From a virus (taxonomy: Duplodnaviria; Caudoviricetes), in IMG/VR virus record IMGVR_UViG_3300037339_000276, positions 1 to 57,785 of that record: a stretch of 57,785 nucleotides of DNA; one strand, 5' to 3'. A program made the position numbers and the translations under genes. Every line of letters starts with the position of its first letter. The stretch's first letter is position 1. The notes beneath the pieces are model-generated. The model saw only the letters and a program-made list of their open reading frames with translations. It made no database searches and was not told the DNA's origin. This document shows positions 16,142-24,977 of this stretch, piece by piece.

Positions 16142-18115
16142 ATGTCAGACGGACAAGTTGAAAGACTTCTAGCTGCCGTCTGGGGTTCTCGTCAGGGCTA
16201 CGCTTTCCTTCCGTACAAGGATACCACTGAAGAACGTAGGTGGCATGAAGTTCCTGGCCTGTTCTGGACCGGTAGTAATCTACCGTCTTTAGAGGACCAT
16301 AAATCTGATCTTTACTTTTGCCCGGTTCTATTCAAAGAAAATAAACGTCAGAAAGAATTCGCACTAGCAACAAACATCCTCTGGGCTGACCTAGATCCAG
16401 TACATCCTAACGATTGTAGACTCAAGCCTTCAATCGCCTGGGAATCAAGTCCCGGAAGGTACCAGGCCCTGTGGTTCTTGACTGTTGAAGTGTCGGCGGA
16501 AGAGGCGTCACAACTATCAAAGCGTATAGCTTATGCTGATGGCGGCGACCGCAGTGGCTGGGATGTTACTCAGGTCCTGAGGATACCCGGCACTCACAAT
16601 TATAAGTATGACTCAGCGCCTGAGGTCCAACTTCTGTGGGCGAAGAGGAATGCTTACTCTGTTGATGAGATAATGGCCGCGTATCCTCAGATTGAGGAAG
16701 AGCATGAGAAATCAAATGGGGTATCCTCTTCACTCAGCCTCGGCCTCGGCGGAGCCCCTAAAGATTGGCCAGATGTAGATGAACAGACAATACAAGCGGC
16801 CATTCAATCACTTAAACTGGGACTCAGAAAACGAATTACTCGAGACCCAGCAGGAGCGGACAGAAGTAAGGAAATTCAACTTCTTGCCAGAGACCTTATT
16901 CAGGCAGGAGTATTTCCCGAGGTTGCTGTTCACATTCTTCAGCGATCGACCTTCAATAAGTATGCAGGACGTAGGACTGAGCACACCGACTTACTTAGAC
17001 ACGTCCAGCAAGCTCAAGAAATAGTTGAGGTAAGGAAGCAAAAGAAGTCGCAACCGTCTGAACCCATCGAACAGATGGAAGTTCATACGTGGGGCAACTT
17101 CATGCAAATTCCCACTAAACTGGAGTGGTTAGTTGATGAAGCTTGGGTGGATCAGTCGGTCGGTTTCATCTCAGGAAGAAGCAAATCCTATAAGACTTGG
17201 ATTGCTCTTGATCTGGCATTGTCTATTGTGTCGGGGAAAGCATTCTTGGGACGGTACGAGGTACGGAGAACTGGCCCTGTACTGCTCATACAAGAAGAGG
17301 ACCCGTCATCTGTTCTTCAGGAGCGTCTCAGACTCATTGGTAAATCAAAGGAAATGCTCCCGACCGCCACAGTTGTGGACGAAATAGTTCAGATTACTTA
17401 CCCAGATTTTCCTCTCCATATCATTAACCTCCAAGGATTTAATCTTGGTAGTGATGATAAAATCTCTCAGGTGAGAAGACTCATAGCCGAAATAAACCCA
17501 GTTATGGTCATACTTGATCCGCTGATTGTCATGTTAGGATCAGTAGATGAGAACCGTGCCACAGAGGTGGCTACTCTGCTCCAAGTAGTCAAGATGTGGA
17601 GAGAAGAATTCGGTTGCTCAGTTGTTATTGTTCATCACTGGAACAAGACTAAGACAGAAGACGGTGAGAGATTTGCTCAGCACATGTATGGTTCATTCGC
17701 GTTCCATGCTTGGTTAGAGTCTGCACTACATGTGATGCCTGTTATTGAGGAAGAACAGGAAAGAATTGACAGCGTTATAATAGAGAAAGAGTTTAAGGCT
17801 GCGCCATCTGGTAGATCACTCAAACTCAAATTTAAGATTGATACCATTGAGAAGTATACTTATGAAGTTGACTTCGAAGATAGTAAGTCCATGAATGCCA
17901 CAGAGCAGTCACTGTATGACGCCATCAGTGAAAGCTCATTTACTGGTCTAACAACTCCAGAACTAGTTGCTATTACTGGACACGCACGGGCTAGAGTTTC
18001 TGAGTATCTAAACCGTCTAGTAAGATTTAAGATGGTGGTAGTAAGTGCTGGAGGTGGCAGAGGCAAGAGCTCCAGGTACTGGTTGCCAGATAACAGGCCG
18101 GCGGAGGAGAAATAG
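16142..18115 (+). CDS. Primase-helicase (RepB-like primase, RecA-fold AAA_25 helicase, C-terminal HTH)
   Basis: LWADLD, ESSPGRYQALW, LRIPGT.N; GRSKSYKT, VILDP, VHH. Confidence 0.9.
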   Translation: MSDGQVERLLAAVWGSRQGYAFLPYKDTTEERRWHEVPGLFWTGSNLPSLEDHKSDLYFCPVLFKENKRQKEFALATNILWADLDPVHPNDCRLKPSIAWESSPGRYQALWFLTVEVSAEEASQLSKRIAYADGGDRSGWDVTQVLRIPGTHNYKYDSAPEVQLLWAKRNAYSVDEIMAAYPQIEEEHEKSNGVSSSLSLGLGGAPKDWPDVDEQTIQAAIQSLKLGLRKRITRDPAGADRSKEIQLLARDLIQAGVFPEVAVHILQRSTFNKYAGRRTEHTDLLRHVQQAQEIVEVRKQKKSQPSEPIEQMEVHTWGNFMQIPTKLEWLVDEAWVDQSVGFISGRSKSYKTWIALDLALSIVSGKAFLGRYEVRRTGPVLLIQEEDPSSVLQERLRLIGKSKEMLPTATVVDEIVQITYPDFPLHIINLQGFNLGSDDKISQVRRLIAEINPVMVILDPLIVMLGSVDENRATEVATLLQVVKMWREEFGCSVVIVHHWNKTKTEDGERFAQHMYGSFAFHAWLESALHVMPVIEEEQERIDSVIIEKEFKAAPSGRSLKLKFKIDTIEKYTYEVDFEDSKSMNATEQSLYDAISESSFTGLTTPELVAITGHARARVSEYLNRLVRFKMVVVSAGGGRGKSSRYWLPDNRPAEEK

Positions 18116-18123
18116 CCTACATG

Positions 18124-18152
18124 TTGACAGGATTCTTCTGGTATTATATAAT
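18124..18152 (+). promoter_or_regulatory. Sigma70-type promoter
   Basis: Perfect TTGACA-N17-TATAAT. Confidence 0.85.
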
Positions 18153-18203
18153 AGAAATGGACAATAGACAGGGGACCATATTCAAGGTTCCTGTATTGTT
18201 CTC

Positions 18204-18485
18204 ATGAATAGGAGGCGCGGCTTGCTCGCTGAGCTAAGTGAAATCCAGGAGAATTACCGCGGTATCCTTATAGGACTCAGAACTAAGGAGGACAGGTCTT
18301 TCTCTGAAGCTATCACCGCTAGCGTTGGGATGGATGATGAAGCTCTAATCTCGGTCGCTTGTATATTCTTCGAAATGCGAGGAGATATTCCTGGGATTGA
18401 TACCCAAGAAGAAAACGACATCTTACTAGCACAAGAGTTTATCGATCATCTTGATACACTAGGGAAGGTGATCGTTGCAAAATGA
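18204..18485 (+). CDS. Hypothetical protein
   Basis: First ORF after the promoter. Confidence 0.6.
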   Translation: MNRRRGLLAELSEIQENYRGILIGLRTKEDRSFSEAITASVGMDDEALISVACIFFEMRGDIPGIDTQEENDILLAQEFIDHLDTLGKVIVAK

Positions 18486-18703
18486 CGCATCAAGATACAG
18501 ACCCAGTTACTTGGCTTGAGTTTAGAAAGTTAATTGCTTACACCAAAAAACTCGAGGCAAGACTGGGTGATGCCTTTGAAGCAATATCCACAGGCGATGA
18601 GACTCAAGCAGAATTTTGGAATGAGCATGAGGAAAAGATCAATCGTCATCAACGCTCTCTTCGAAGGCTGGAGAAGAGAATGACAGAACTAGAATCTGAA
18701 TGA
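18482..18703 (+). CDS. Hypothetical coiled-coil protein
   Basis: ATGA coupling on both sides. Confidence 0.65.
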   Translation: MTHQDTDPVTWLEFRKLIAYTKKLEARLGDAFEAISTGDETQAEFWNEHEEKINRHQRSLRRLEKRMTELESE

Positions 18704-19311
18704 CTAGATCTAGAAGGGCTAGAGCGGAAGATCAGGCCGCTTTCAGCAACTCCAATGCCAATCCAAGGATGCGACCAAACTATAGTGCTTTAGTTCACAA
18801 GCTAAGGCAAATGAAGCTACTTGAGGATCCCTACTTTGCTAGAATGGTGATAGATGACATGATCTATCACCGTTTCATTTTCCAAGAGAAACACCCAAAC
18901 CATCTGTGGTTCTTACTCCAACAAATTCATTCCTATTGGATAAGATCCATTGATGCTGATGGTGCAACTACTAGTGGAGAAGAGAGGCAAAAACTTTTTC
19001 TCGAAACTGAAAAGGGGGATATTTTGAATTTGAATGAAGATGCTTCTCAAAAAGTTGAGATTGATTTAGACTCAAAGGAGCTCAAACGGTCTGCCAGAGA
19101 ACAAATTGCTCTTCACACCTATGATCCGACCTCAAGAAATGGTGTAGAATTTCCAGTATGCCATTGTGGCCGTCAATTTGATCTTTTCGAGGAATGGGCA
19201 AATCACACTCGTTCAGTAATCTGGAAGGTGTTGCGTGAGTCGGCTAACAGCTCTAGCGATCATTCAAACAAGAGAGAAACACCTGATCAAGAGGATCAGG
19301 CCGATCAGTGA
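18700..19311 (+). CDS. Hypothetical protein with C2H-type zinc motif
   Basis: CHCG...WANH; ATGA coupling. Confidence 0.65.
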   Translation: MTRSRRARAEDQAAFSNSNANPRMRPNYSALVHKLRQMKLLEDPYFARMVIDDMIYHRFIFQEKHPNHLWFLLQQIHSYWIRSIDADGATTSGEERQKLFLETEKGDILNLNEDASQKVEIDLDSKELKRSAREQIALHTYDPTSRNGVEFPVCHCGRQFDLFEEWANHTRSVIWKVLRESANSSSDHSNKRETPDQEDQADQ

Positions 19312-19373
19312 AAAGAAACTAATGAATCATGAGTTCAGAAACAGCCTAACAACTCCAGAACGGAAAGGAAGAT

Positions 19374-20018
19374 GTGATTGGTGTGACGCCAAAAGATTTG
19401 AAAACCAACTCCACTTCTTCTAAGCTAACCCCGACTGACCCGACCCCGCGTGACGTGACGGAGCTACGGGAACAAGTCGTCGGCGCGATGCCGTGGTATG
19501 ACGACGCACATCCCGATTACACCGAACTGGACGCCATCCTCCGTGCCGCCCTCACCCGGAGCGAGCTGGTCCCGCTGGACGTGGCGCGGCTGGCGGACCA
19601 CATCTTCATCCAACGCCAGTTCGAGACGGTGTGTGCTGTCACGGGTTGTGAGCATCCGCCAGCCGCCGATCCGCCCGCGCTGGACGACGACTTCCCCAAC
19701 ACTGAGGACTACTGGCGCGGATACCGGGATGGTCGGGCGTTCGCCGCCGAACCGCCCAGCCGTTCCACCATCGCACGTCTCACCCGCGAACGTGAACACC
19801 GGGAAGGCAACGCATGGTGGCGATGCATCCCTATCATGGATGCCGCCCTCGCCGACGCCGACACTCCGAAGTATAGAATTGACGTTATCTCAACAATCAA
19901 CGGACAGGCGTTCCATAAGCAGGAAGTTTATGTTAGAAATGGCGATTCAATCACTATAGATTTTCCAGCAAAGTTCGAGGTTGAGTTGGCTAAAGACGTT
20001 ACTTACAAGATAAAGTAA
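19374..20018 (+). CDS. Hypothetical mosaic protein (GC-rich internal segment); start uncertain
   Basis: Open frame across the GC-rich block at about 19430-19868 into AT-rich sequence. Confidence 0.5.
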   Translation: MIGVTPKDLKTNSTSSKLTPTDPTPRDVTELREQVVGAMPWYDDAHPDYTELDAILRAALTRSELVPLDVARLADHIFIQRQFETVCAVTGCEHPPAADPPALDDDFPNTEDYWRGYRDGRAFAAEPPSRSTIARLTREREHREGNAWWRCIPIMDAALADADTPKYRIDVISTINGQAFHKQEVYVRNGDSITIDFPAKFEVELAKDVTYKIK

Positions 20019-20028
20019 TAACATAGAA

Positions 20029-20130
20029 ATGACACGCGATCAAGCATTAGGTTGCTTATTTGTTTTAGTATTCTCAGTAGTTGCCTGGTCAATTATTCTC
20101 TACGCAATCAAGTTAGTTATAGGAAAATGA
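20029..20130 (+). CDS. 33-aa single-TM peptide (not in ORF track)
   Basis: MTRDQALGCLFVLVFSVVAWSIILYAIKLVIGK. Confidence 0.5.
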   Translation: MTRDQALGCLFVLVFSVVAWSIILYAIKLVIGK

Positions 20131-20131
20131 A

Positions 20132-20257
20132 ATGGGCGAGTTATTTCATATTGCTGCTGAAACTTTACCAATCTGGAGAGATTCAGCTATAGTAGTTCTG
20201 GCTCTAATAGTTATCGGACTTATCATGGTAGCCACAGAGGTTTACGGCGGGCGGTGA
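20132..20257 (+). CDS. 41-aa single-TM peptide (not in ORF track)
   Basis: MGELFHIAAETLPIWRDSAIVVLALIVIGLIMVATEVYGGR. Confidence 0.5.
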   Translation: MGELFHIAAETLPIWRDSAIVVLALIVIGLIMVATEVYGGR

Positions 20258-20365
20258 GTCAAACGGTCTACGTGAACAGCATCCAGTCGATGCACGATAG
20301 CCCTAGATTACTTCCACACCTACTCAGCGGTCGGTCGACCCATTGGGCGCCGCGGAGAACTTAAG

Positions 20366-20905
20366 ATGGAAAACCGGACGTGCGGGAAGTGTCATCTGAG
20401 TAAGCCGGTTTCTATGTTTTATGCTGGTCAGGGGAATACGTGCAAATCCTGCATCAAGGCTAAGAATAGGGTTTGGAGGAAGGAAAATCCACTGAGGTAT
20501 AGGGCTACGAGGAAGGCCCATGATGATGGTAATGCAGAGGTCGCGGTTAGGAGAAGAAAGAACAGGCTCCGGCGGAGATATAATCTCAAACCAGCGAGAG
20601 TTGTAGAGCTACTAGAGAACCAGGATTATAAGTGTGCTATTTGTCTAGCGGAGCTCCATTCTCCATTTGATTTAGATCCGCCTGAAAACACAACTAAACC
20701 AGTAGTTGATCACGACCACAGGGATGGTCATGTTAGAGGGATTTTGTGTTCTGCTTGTAATACGGGGCTTGGACAGTTCGAAGATGATCCGAAGATGGTT
20801 AAAGCTGCATACTACTACCTGAAGCGAGACATTGAAGCTCAGCTATCACGATCTAAAATAGGAGATAAAGATTTTGGATCCCGTGGGGTAGTGTACGATG
20901 AGTAA
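20366..20905 (+). CDS. Endonuclease VII-family nuclease
   Basis: N-terminal CxxC pairs; QDYKCAIC...VDHDH...VRGILCSACNTGLG. Confidence 0.9.
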   Translation: MENRTCGKCHLSKPVSMFYAGQGNTCKSCIKAKNRVWRKENPLRYRATRKAHDDGNAEVAVRRRKNRLRRRYNLKPARVVELLENQDYKCAICLAELHSPFDLDPPENTTKPVVDHDHRDGHVRGILCSACNTGLGQFEDDPKMVKAAYYYLKRDIEAQLSRSKIGDKDFGSRGVVYDE

Positions 20906-21104
20906 TCAGGTAGTCAAAGATTTGACTTGTCATCATGTACTATTACCTGGAACATACACTGTGGAAAGAATTGAGATAGATCATGAACCATATCTATCTT
21001 ACTATTGCCCTTGGTGCGGTGAACTGGCATTATTAGATTTCAGAGGTTATAAGCAAGTAAACCACAGAGAATATGTGGGTAATACTGTCTATGAGAAAGA
21101 TTAG
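20898..21104 (+). CDS. Hypothetical small zinc-binding protein
   Basis: CHH...CPWCG. Confidence 0.55.
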   Translation: MSNQVVKDLTCHHVLLPGTYTVERIEIDHEPYLSYYCPWCGELALLDFRGYKQVNHREYVGNTVYEKD

Positions 21105-21111
21105 TCAGTTA

Positions 21112-21256
21112 GCCTTGGGATTAAACTGTCCAATACTGTTACCGCCCCCTAAAGGGGGCTGGTATACAACAGTAGTTGGGACAGTTTAATCTTACCCAAA
21201 GGCAAAACCGTTACAACTGTTACAATACTGTCCACCGGACTATTGGGACAGTTTAA
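21112..21256. repeat. Long imperfect inverted repeat with reiterated AATACTGT / GGACAGTTTAA motifs
   Basis: gattaaactgtcc (21119-21131) pairs with ggacagtttaatc (21179-21191); inner gccccct/agggggc; extra arm copy at 21243-21256. Confidence 0.75.
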
Positions 21257-21590
21257 ACTTTACTCCCGCCTGTGGAAGTTGCTTAAGAATGAGTGAAAAC
21301 TTCTAAGAAAAAACGCCTTAAGAAGACCTTTTCTTTAGAGAAAATATTGTCTATTTACTGGATTCTCAGGATCCCGGCAATCCCATCTGGGATCAAAAAG
21401 TTTGGCATGAGAAGTAAAGTTGGAAATGTCGAGCTTAGGGGAAAACTCAAATGGGGTTCCAAAATCAAAAAAAGAGAAGCGAGTTTTGATCTTGAGGAAC
21501 CGAGTGGCGGCTCTTTGGGAGCTCGCTAACCCAGGGTGGGTTGGTTGCCCATAAGGCAATTTTTGGCTTAGATGTGTTTTTACAAACTCA

Positions 21591-21619
21591 TTGACAATTG
21601 GCACTGGGTATAATATAAT
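21591..21619 (+). promoter_or_regulatory. Strong early promoter
   Basis: Perfect TTGACA-N17-TATAAT preceded by gtgtttttacaaactc. Confidence 0.88.
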
Positions 21620-21693
21620 AGTAGTGTCAGGACGGACGGGACAGGGACAAAGGATCCCCGCCCCCGTCGGGACTAGGTTAGGAGGTAAGGGAA

Positions 21694-21858
21694 ATGGGAA
21701 GGAAGGAAATCACCTTCGCCGGATGGACAATCCGCTTATTCCCCCGACCCACCAGCTTCGGCCGCCGCTACGGTCGAACCGGGGCCTGGTATTACGCCAG
21801 GATCGCTCGCATTGGGATCGCCCTTCGACTGCCACGATCGGGTGGATGGAACCGATGA
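21694..21858 (+). CDS. 54-aa Arg-rich peptide, first gene of the early operon (not in ORF track)
   Basis: SD aggaggt then ATG; MGRKEITFAGWTIRLFPRPTSFGRRYGRTGAWYYARIARIGIALRLPRSGGWNR; ATGA overlap with the next gene. Confidence 0.65.
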   Translation: MGRKEITFAGWTIRLFPRPTSFGRRYGRTGAWYYARIARIGIALRLPRSGGWNR

Positions 21859-22331
21859 GCCGACCCGCTAGCCTTCGCCCGTCTTCCTCGCCTATCCTTG
21901 CCAGGCAGAAGCAGACAGGCGGGAAAAAGCTAGAGTTGGATTGGGAGCATATCGAGCTTTCCAATAACCACAACGCCAATACTGACTTCAACATCATGGA
22001 CCTAACCCACCTCAGGATCCAATTGGTCGAGGCTGAGAGGCTGGGGAAAACCTCCGCGGTTAGAAAAATCCGCAGAGAGATTTCAAGGATCCAGGAAAAC
22101 CAACTGGCCATCCACGCCACCTTCTGTGGGGGATGCGGTTATTACCAACACAACTGCCGCTGCGAGGGACTCGAGGAGGGATCAAGATCGACTAAATACC
22201 GACGACGAACCTACCGCAAAGCCGCCGTCAGAGTTCTACACCGAATCCTAAACCAAGTTCACGAGGAAATTCTCGCCGAAGAAAAGGCACAGGAAGACTT
22301 CAATAAGCGGAACAGGAAGGGGAATCGGTAA
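21855..22331 (+). CDS. Hypothetical basic protein with CGGC...CRC motif
   Basis: 3' part of track ORF 21591-22331; start at 21855 or further downstream. Confidence 0.55.
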   Translation: MSRPASLRPSSSPILARQKQTGGKKLELDWEHIELSNNHNANTDFNIMDLTHLRIQLVEAERLGKTSAVRKIRREISRIQENQLAIHATFCGGCGYYQHNCRCEGLEEGSRSTKYRRRTYRKAAVRVLHRILNQVHEEILAEEKAQEDFNKRNRKGNR

Positions 22332-22549
22332 TGGCGAAGTTGGTCGTAACTACTATGCCTTGTATCGAATGCGGTAAGAAGACTGAGGTTGAGGTTGATC
22401 CAGTAGCTTGGGAAAACTACACAAGGCGTGGAATGTATGTTCAAGAGGCATTCCCCGACTGGTCCGCAGATCGTAGAGAACTTCTTATTACCGGAACTCA
22501 CCCAGAGTGCTGGAGTAAGATTTTCCCACCAGAAGAAGAGGTTGGATGA
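22331..22549 (+). CDS. Hypothetical zinc-ribbon protein
   Basis: CIECG...HPECW. Confidence 0.7.
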   Translation: MAKLVVTTMPCIECGKKTEVEVDPVAWENYTRRGMYVQEAFPDWSADRRELLITGTHPECWSKIFPPEEEVG

Positions 22550-22761
22550 TGGGTAAGCCTCATTGGGACAAGATGGATGATCTACTCACTCGGGTGGGGA
22601 TCACCATGGACGACTCTTTGGAGGATCGACTGAAGTTTGATGCACTTACAAGCCTCATGGGATATTTCGGAGAGGAGGTCATTGCTGAAGTAGATGTTAG
22701 AAGTGCTCCAGACAGTTCTTCTTGGTGGAAGGAGTATGCGGAGGAGTTCTTGGTTGGATGA
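22546..22761 (+). CDS. Hypothetical protein
   Basis: Coupled ORF with SD. Confidence 0.6.
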   Translation: MMGKPHWDKMDDLLTRVGITMDDSLEDRLKFDALTSLMGYFGEEVIAEVDVRSAPDSSSWWKEYAEEFLVG

Positions 22762-22827
22762 TCACTGACATAGTAGTTCAGGATGAAATGCCAAACCGAG
22801 TGGCACCGCTTTAGGAGGTAAGGCTAA

Positions 22828-23133
22828 GTGGATCAGAAGACCACATATTTCTCAGGACCAACTGACCTTCACGCCTTTGAGGCAGATGTGAACGAGGAAG
22901 GGATTCTCTTCTCGTTCAATAACACTGGAGGCTACATCGACTGCCGCATCTGTGGAAGAGACAACCGCAACTCAATTCACGCGGTTGCTTGTGAAGAACT
23001 TCTGAACGCCTTAGATGCTTTTTACGATGATCCCATGACTCAAGCCTACGGTGCTAATGATGTGGATGAGTTATTGGTTAGAGAGCACAAGAAGAAGCAT
23101 GGATGTTGGGGTCTTGGACTTCAGGAGCCATAA
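22828..23133 (+). CDS. Hypothetical protein
   Basis: SD aggaggt before GTG; CRIC motif. Confidence 0.65.
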   Translation: MDQKTTYFSGPTDLHAFEADVNEEGILFSFNNTGGYIDCRICGRDNRNSIHAVACEELLNALDAFYDDPMTQAYGANDVDELLVREHKKKHGCWGLGLQEP

Positions 23134-23135
23134 AG

Positions 23136-23345
23136 ATGTACGTTTCGCCCAACTTCAAATACAAGAAGCAGCTCATTGAAGCGGTCAAGGCTGGGAAGAA
23201 GGTTGAAGTTTATCTGCCCGGTTACCGCTTCGGCGGACCTCTCACCGGCGACCACTCTGTGGAGGGGCCGCATTACCCAGAACTCCATAGGTGGTATGCG
23301 AGGGTTAGAGTAGTTGAGAATATGGTAGTGGAGGTCATCTCATGA
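23136..23345 (+). CDS. Hypothetical phage protein (VEGPHYP motif)
   Basis: SD aggag, ATG at 23136. Confidence 0.65.
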   Translation: MYVSPNFKYKKQLIEAVKAGKKVEVYLPGYRFGGPLTGDHSVEGPHYPELHRWYARVRVVENMVVEVIS

Positions 23346-23524
23346 TCTGGCGATGGGTAGTAATCTGCTTGGGTAATGAGCCTTTAGCTTTTGGGCCTTT
23401 TGATTCAGAACTTGAGGCCGACGAGTATTTGGAAGCTCATGCTCCACTACATTTAGACGGATCAACCACCTGTAATAATGGGATTGAGGTTGATGATCAT
23501 CATGTACTGGAGATGACGCCGTGA
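23342..23524 (+). CDS. Hypothetical protein
   Basis: ATGA coupling, SD ggagg. Confidence 0.6.
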   Translation: MIWRWVVICLGNEPLAFGPFDSELEADEYLEAHAPLHLDGSTTCNNGIEVDDHHVLEMTP

Positions 23525-23886
23525 TGGCTTTGTTCGATTACGTTGGGTGGACTCCCGAGGAGATTGCAGCCGAAGAGGCATTTACTGCTCAGTTGAAGTA
23601 CACGGCTGAGATGATTGATGGTATGGTAAAGGATGGCGGCCATCACCACTTCACTGACGACTGCGGAGATTATCTCTTTGCTGCCTTGGACATCTCCAGG
23701 GATTTACAAGCTGCTAGGATGAATGGGCCTGAGGATTTGATAGAGGCGCTAAAAGAATATGCGGTGGCAGAGGAGGGGTATGAAGGAGAAGATATAAGGA
23801 AGATCGATATGATGGCTTGTGACGGAGTATCGCCTGGATTGATGAAGTACATCGATTCCATTAGTAAGGAGCAGGAGGTAGATTAG
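23521..23886 (+). CDS. Hypothetical acidic protein
   Basis: Coupled ORF. Confidence 0.65.
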   Translation: MMALFDYVGWTPEEIAAEEAFTAQLKYTAEMIDGMVKDGGHHHFTDDCGDYLFAALDISRDLQAARMNGPEDLIEALKEYAVAEEGYEGEDIRKIDMMACDGVSPGLMKYIDSISKEQEVD

Positions 23887-23887
23887 G

Positions 23888-24181
23888 ATGATCTTCGAAC
23901 GTGACCCAGAAGAGGTTGGTCCTGAGAGCTTTGAGGATGTAGAGTTCAGGATGGACCTCCAAGAGTCTATTCACGAGTTTGATCCAGATCCAGTGACGGG
24001 GAAGTGCCGCAGATATCTTATCCGTCGTGGGATGCAGGGAGTACAGTGCAATTCCACTCAGAAGTGGAGTGTATTCCACGACAACTCTGATGATCCACAA
24101 GATAAGTTCATGGAGGGTGGAAGTCATTGGCATGGCGGTGGGGATTGCATGTGCTTTGAGGATATTGACTACTATGGATGA
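23888..24181 (+). CDS. Hypothetical protein
   Basis: SD aggaggt. Confidence 0.6.
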   Translation: MIFERDPEEVGPESFEDVEFRMDLQESIHEFDPDPVTGKCRRYLIRRGMQGVQCNSTQKWSVFHDNSDDPQDKFMEGGSHWHGGGDCMCFEDIDYYG

Positions 24182-24410
24182 GATGGAACTCTACGAAGTA
24201 GAAGACCACATCATGGCTCATCAGAGAACATGGATCAAGAACCATTACGGACAGAAGCAAGCAGATATTGCTAACTATGGCTGGGGAATTTACGAAGATG
24301 ATCAGCTAGGTCCAGTAGTCGAAACTAAGATCTATGGTCCATGGAAATGCATCTCAACAACATATAGAAATGGCAAGTATGAGGATGTGGTCACGGACCT
24401 AAGCAGATGA
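24174..24410 (+). CDS. Hypothetical protein
   Basis: 3' part of track ORF 24027-24410 from MDEMELY. Confidence 0.55.
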   Translation: MDEMELYEVEDHIMAHQRTWIKNHYGQKQADIANYGWGIYEDDQLGPVVETKIYGPWKCISTTYRNGKYEDVVTDLSR

Positions 24411-24691
24411 AAACGGCTTTTGTAGTTGATGGGGGCAGTCAGCTAGATCTTCTTATCTTCCACCTCAAAGAGGCTCAAGCTAGAAGGGCTGGGGTAGTAC
24501 TGCTTTACACCTCTGATGAAGATAAAGTTAATGATGAATTGAGTAACGCCTCAGAGGCTATGGCTGTAGATGTTGAGTATATGCCTGAATCTCCAGATTT
24601 ACTCTTCTTTGGAACAATCACGGTATTGGGGTTTGAGGGGGCTGTAGATGACTTTAGGGGAGCTTTAGAAGTAGATGAACGACTTAACTAG
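24407..24691 (+). CDS. Hypothetical protein
   Basis: ATGA coupling. Confidence 0.6.
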   Translation: MKTAFVVDGGSQLDLLIFHLKEAQARRAGVVLLYTSDEDKVNDELSNASEAMAVDVEYMPESPDLLFFGTITVLGFEGAVDDFRGALEVDERLN

Positions 24692-24977
24692 AGATTGGGT
24701 AAAATCTATCCAAGACTCGAATGCCAGCCCAACCTCAAAAACGTTGAATATCTATAACCGCTTAATCTCTGATGAAGGTCTTTTTGGAAAGGCTTTCTTT
24801 GGGCACAGGGCAACTTCTAAAGAGCGCAGGCGGATCAACTCCCTGTGGAAGCTGTCTATGAAGCTGGGAGGTCTGAATGCTGAAAACGCGGGACAACTTG
24901 AGGCCAGCAACCCTGGAAGGCTACATCGGGCAGGAGCAGGTGAAGGATCTGCTGGAGACCTCCATTCTAGCAGCTAA
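24675..24977 (+). CDS. Hypothetical protein overlapping the ruvB 5' end
   Basis: Fills the gap before ruvB but overlaps it by about 100 bp. Confidence 0.4.
   Translation: MNDLTRDWVKSIQDSNASPTSKTLNIYNRLISDEGLFGKAFFGHRATSKERRRINSLWKLSMKLGGLNAENAGQLEASNPGRLHRAGAGEGSAGDLHSSS

Noticed and set aside
20366-20905. Intron-encoded homing endonuclease within a split gene
   Set aside because: No interrupted host gene or group I intron core recognised on either side; treated as free-standing
21591-21854. 5' extension of track ORF 21591-22331
   Set aside because: Its TTG start is the -35 box of a promoter; the region holds a leader and a better-supported 54-aa ORF in another frame
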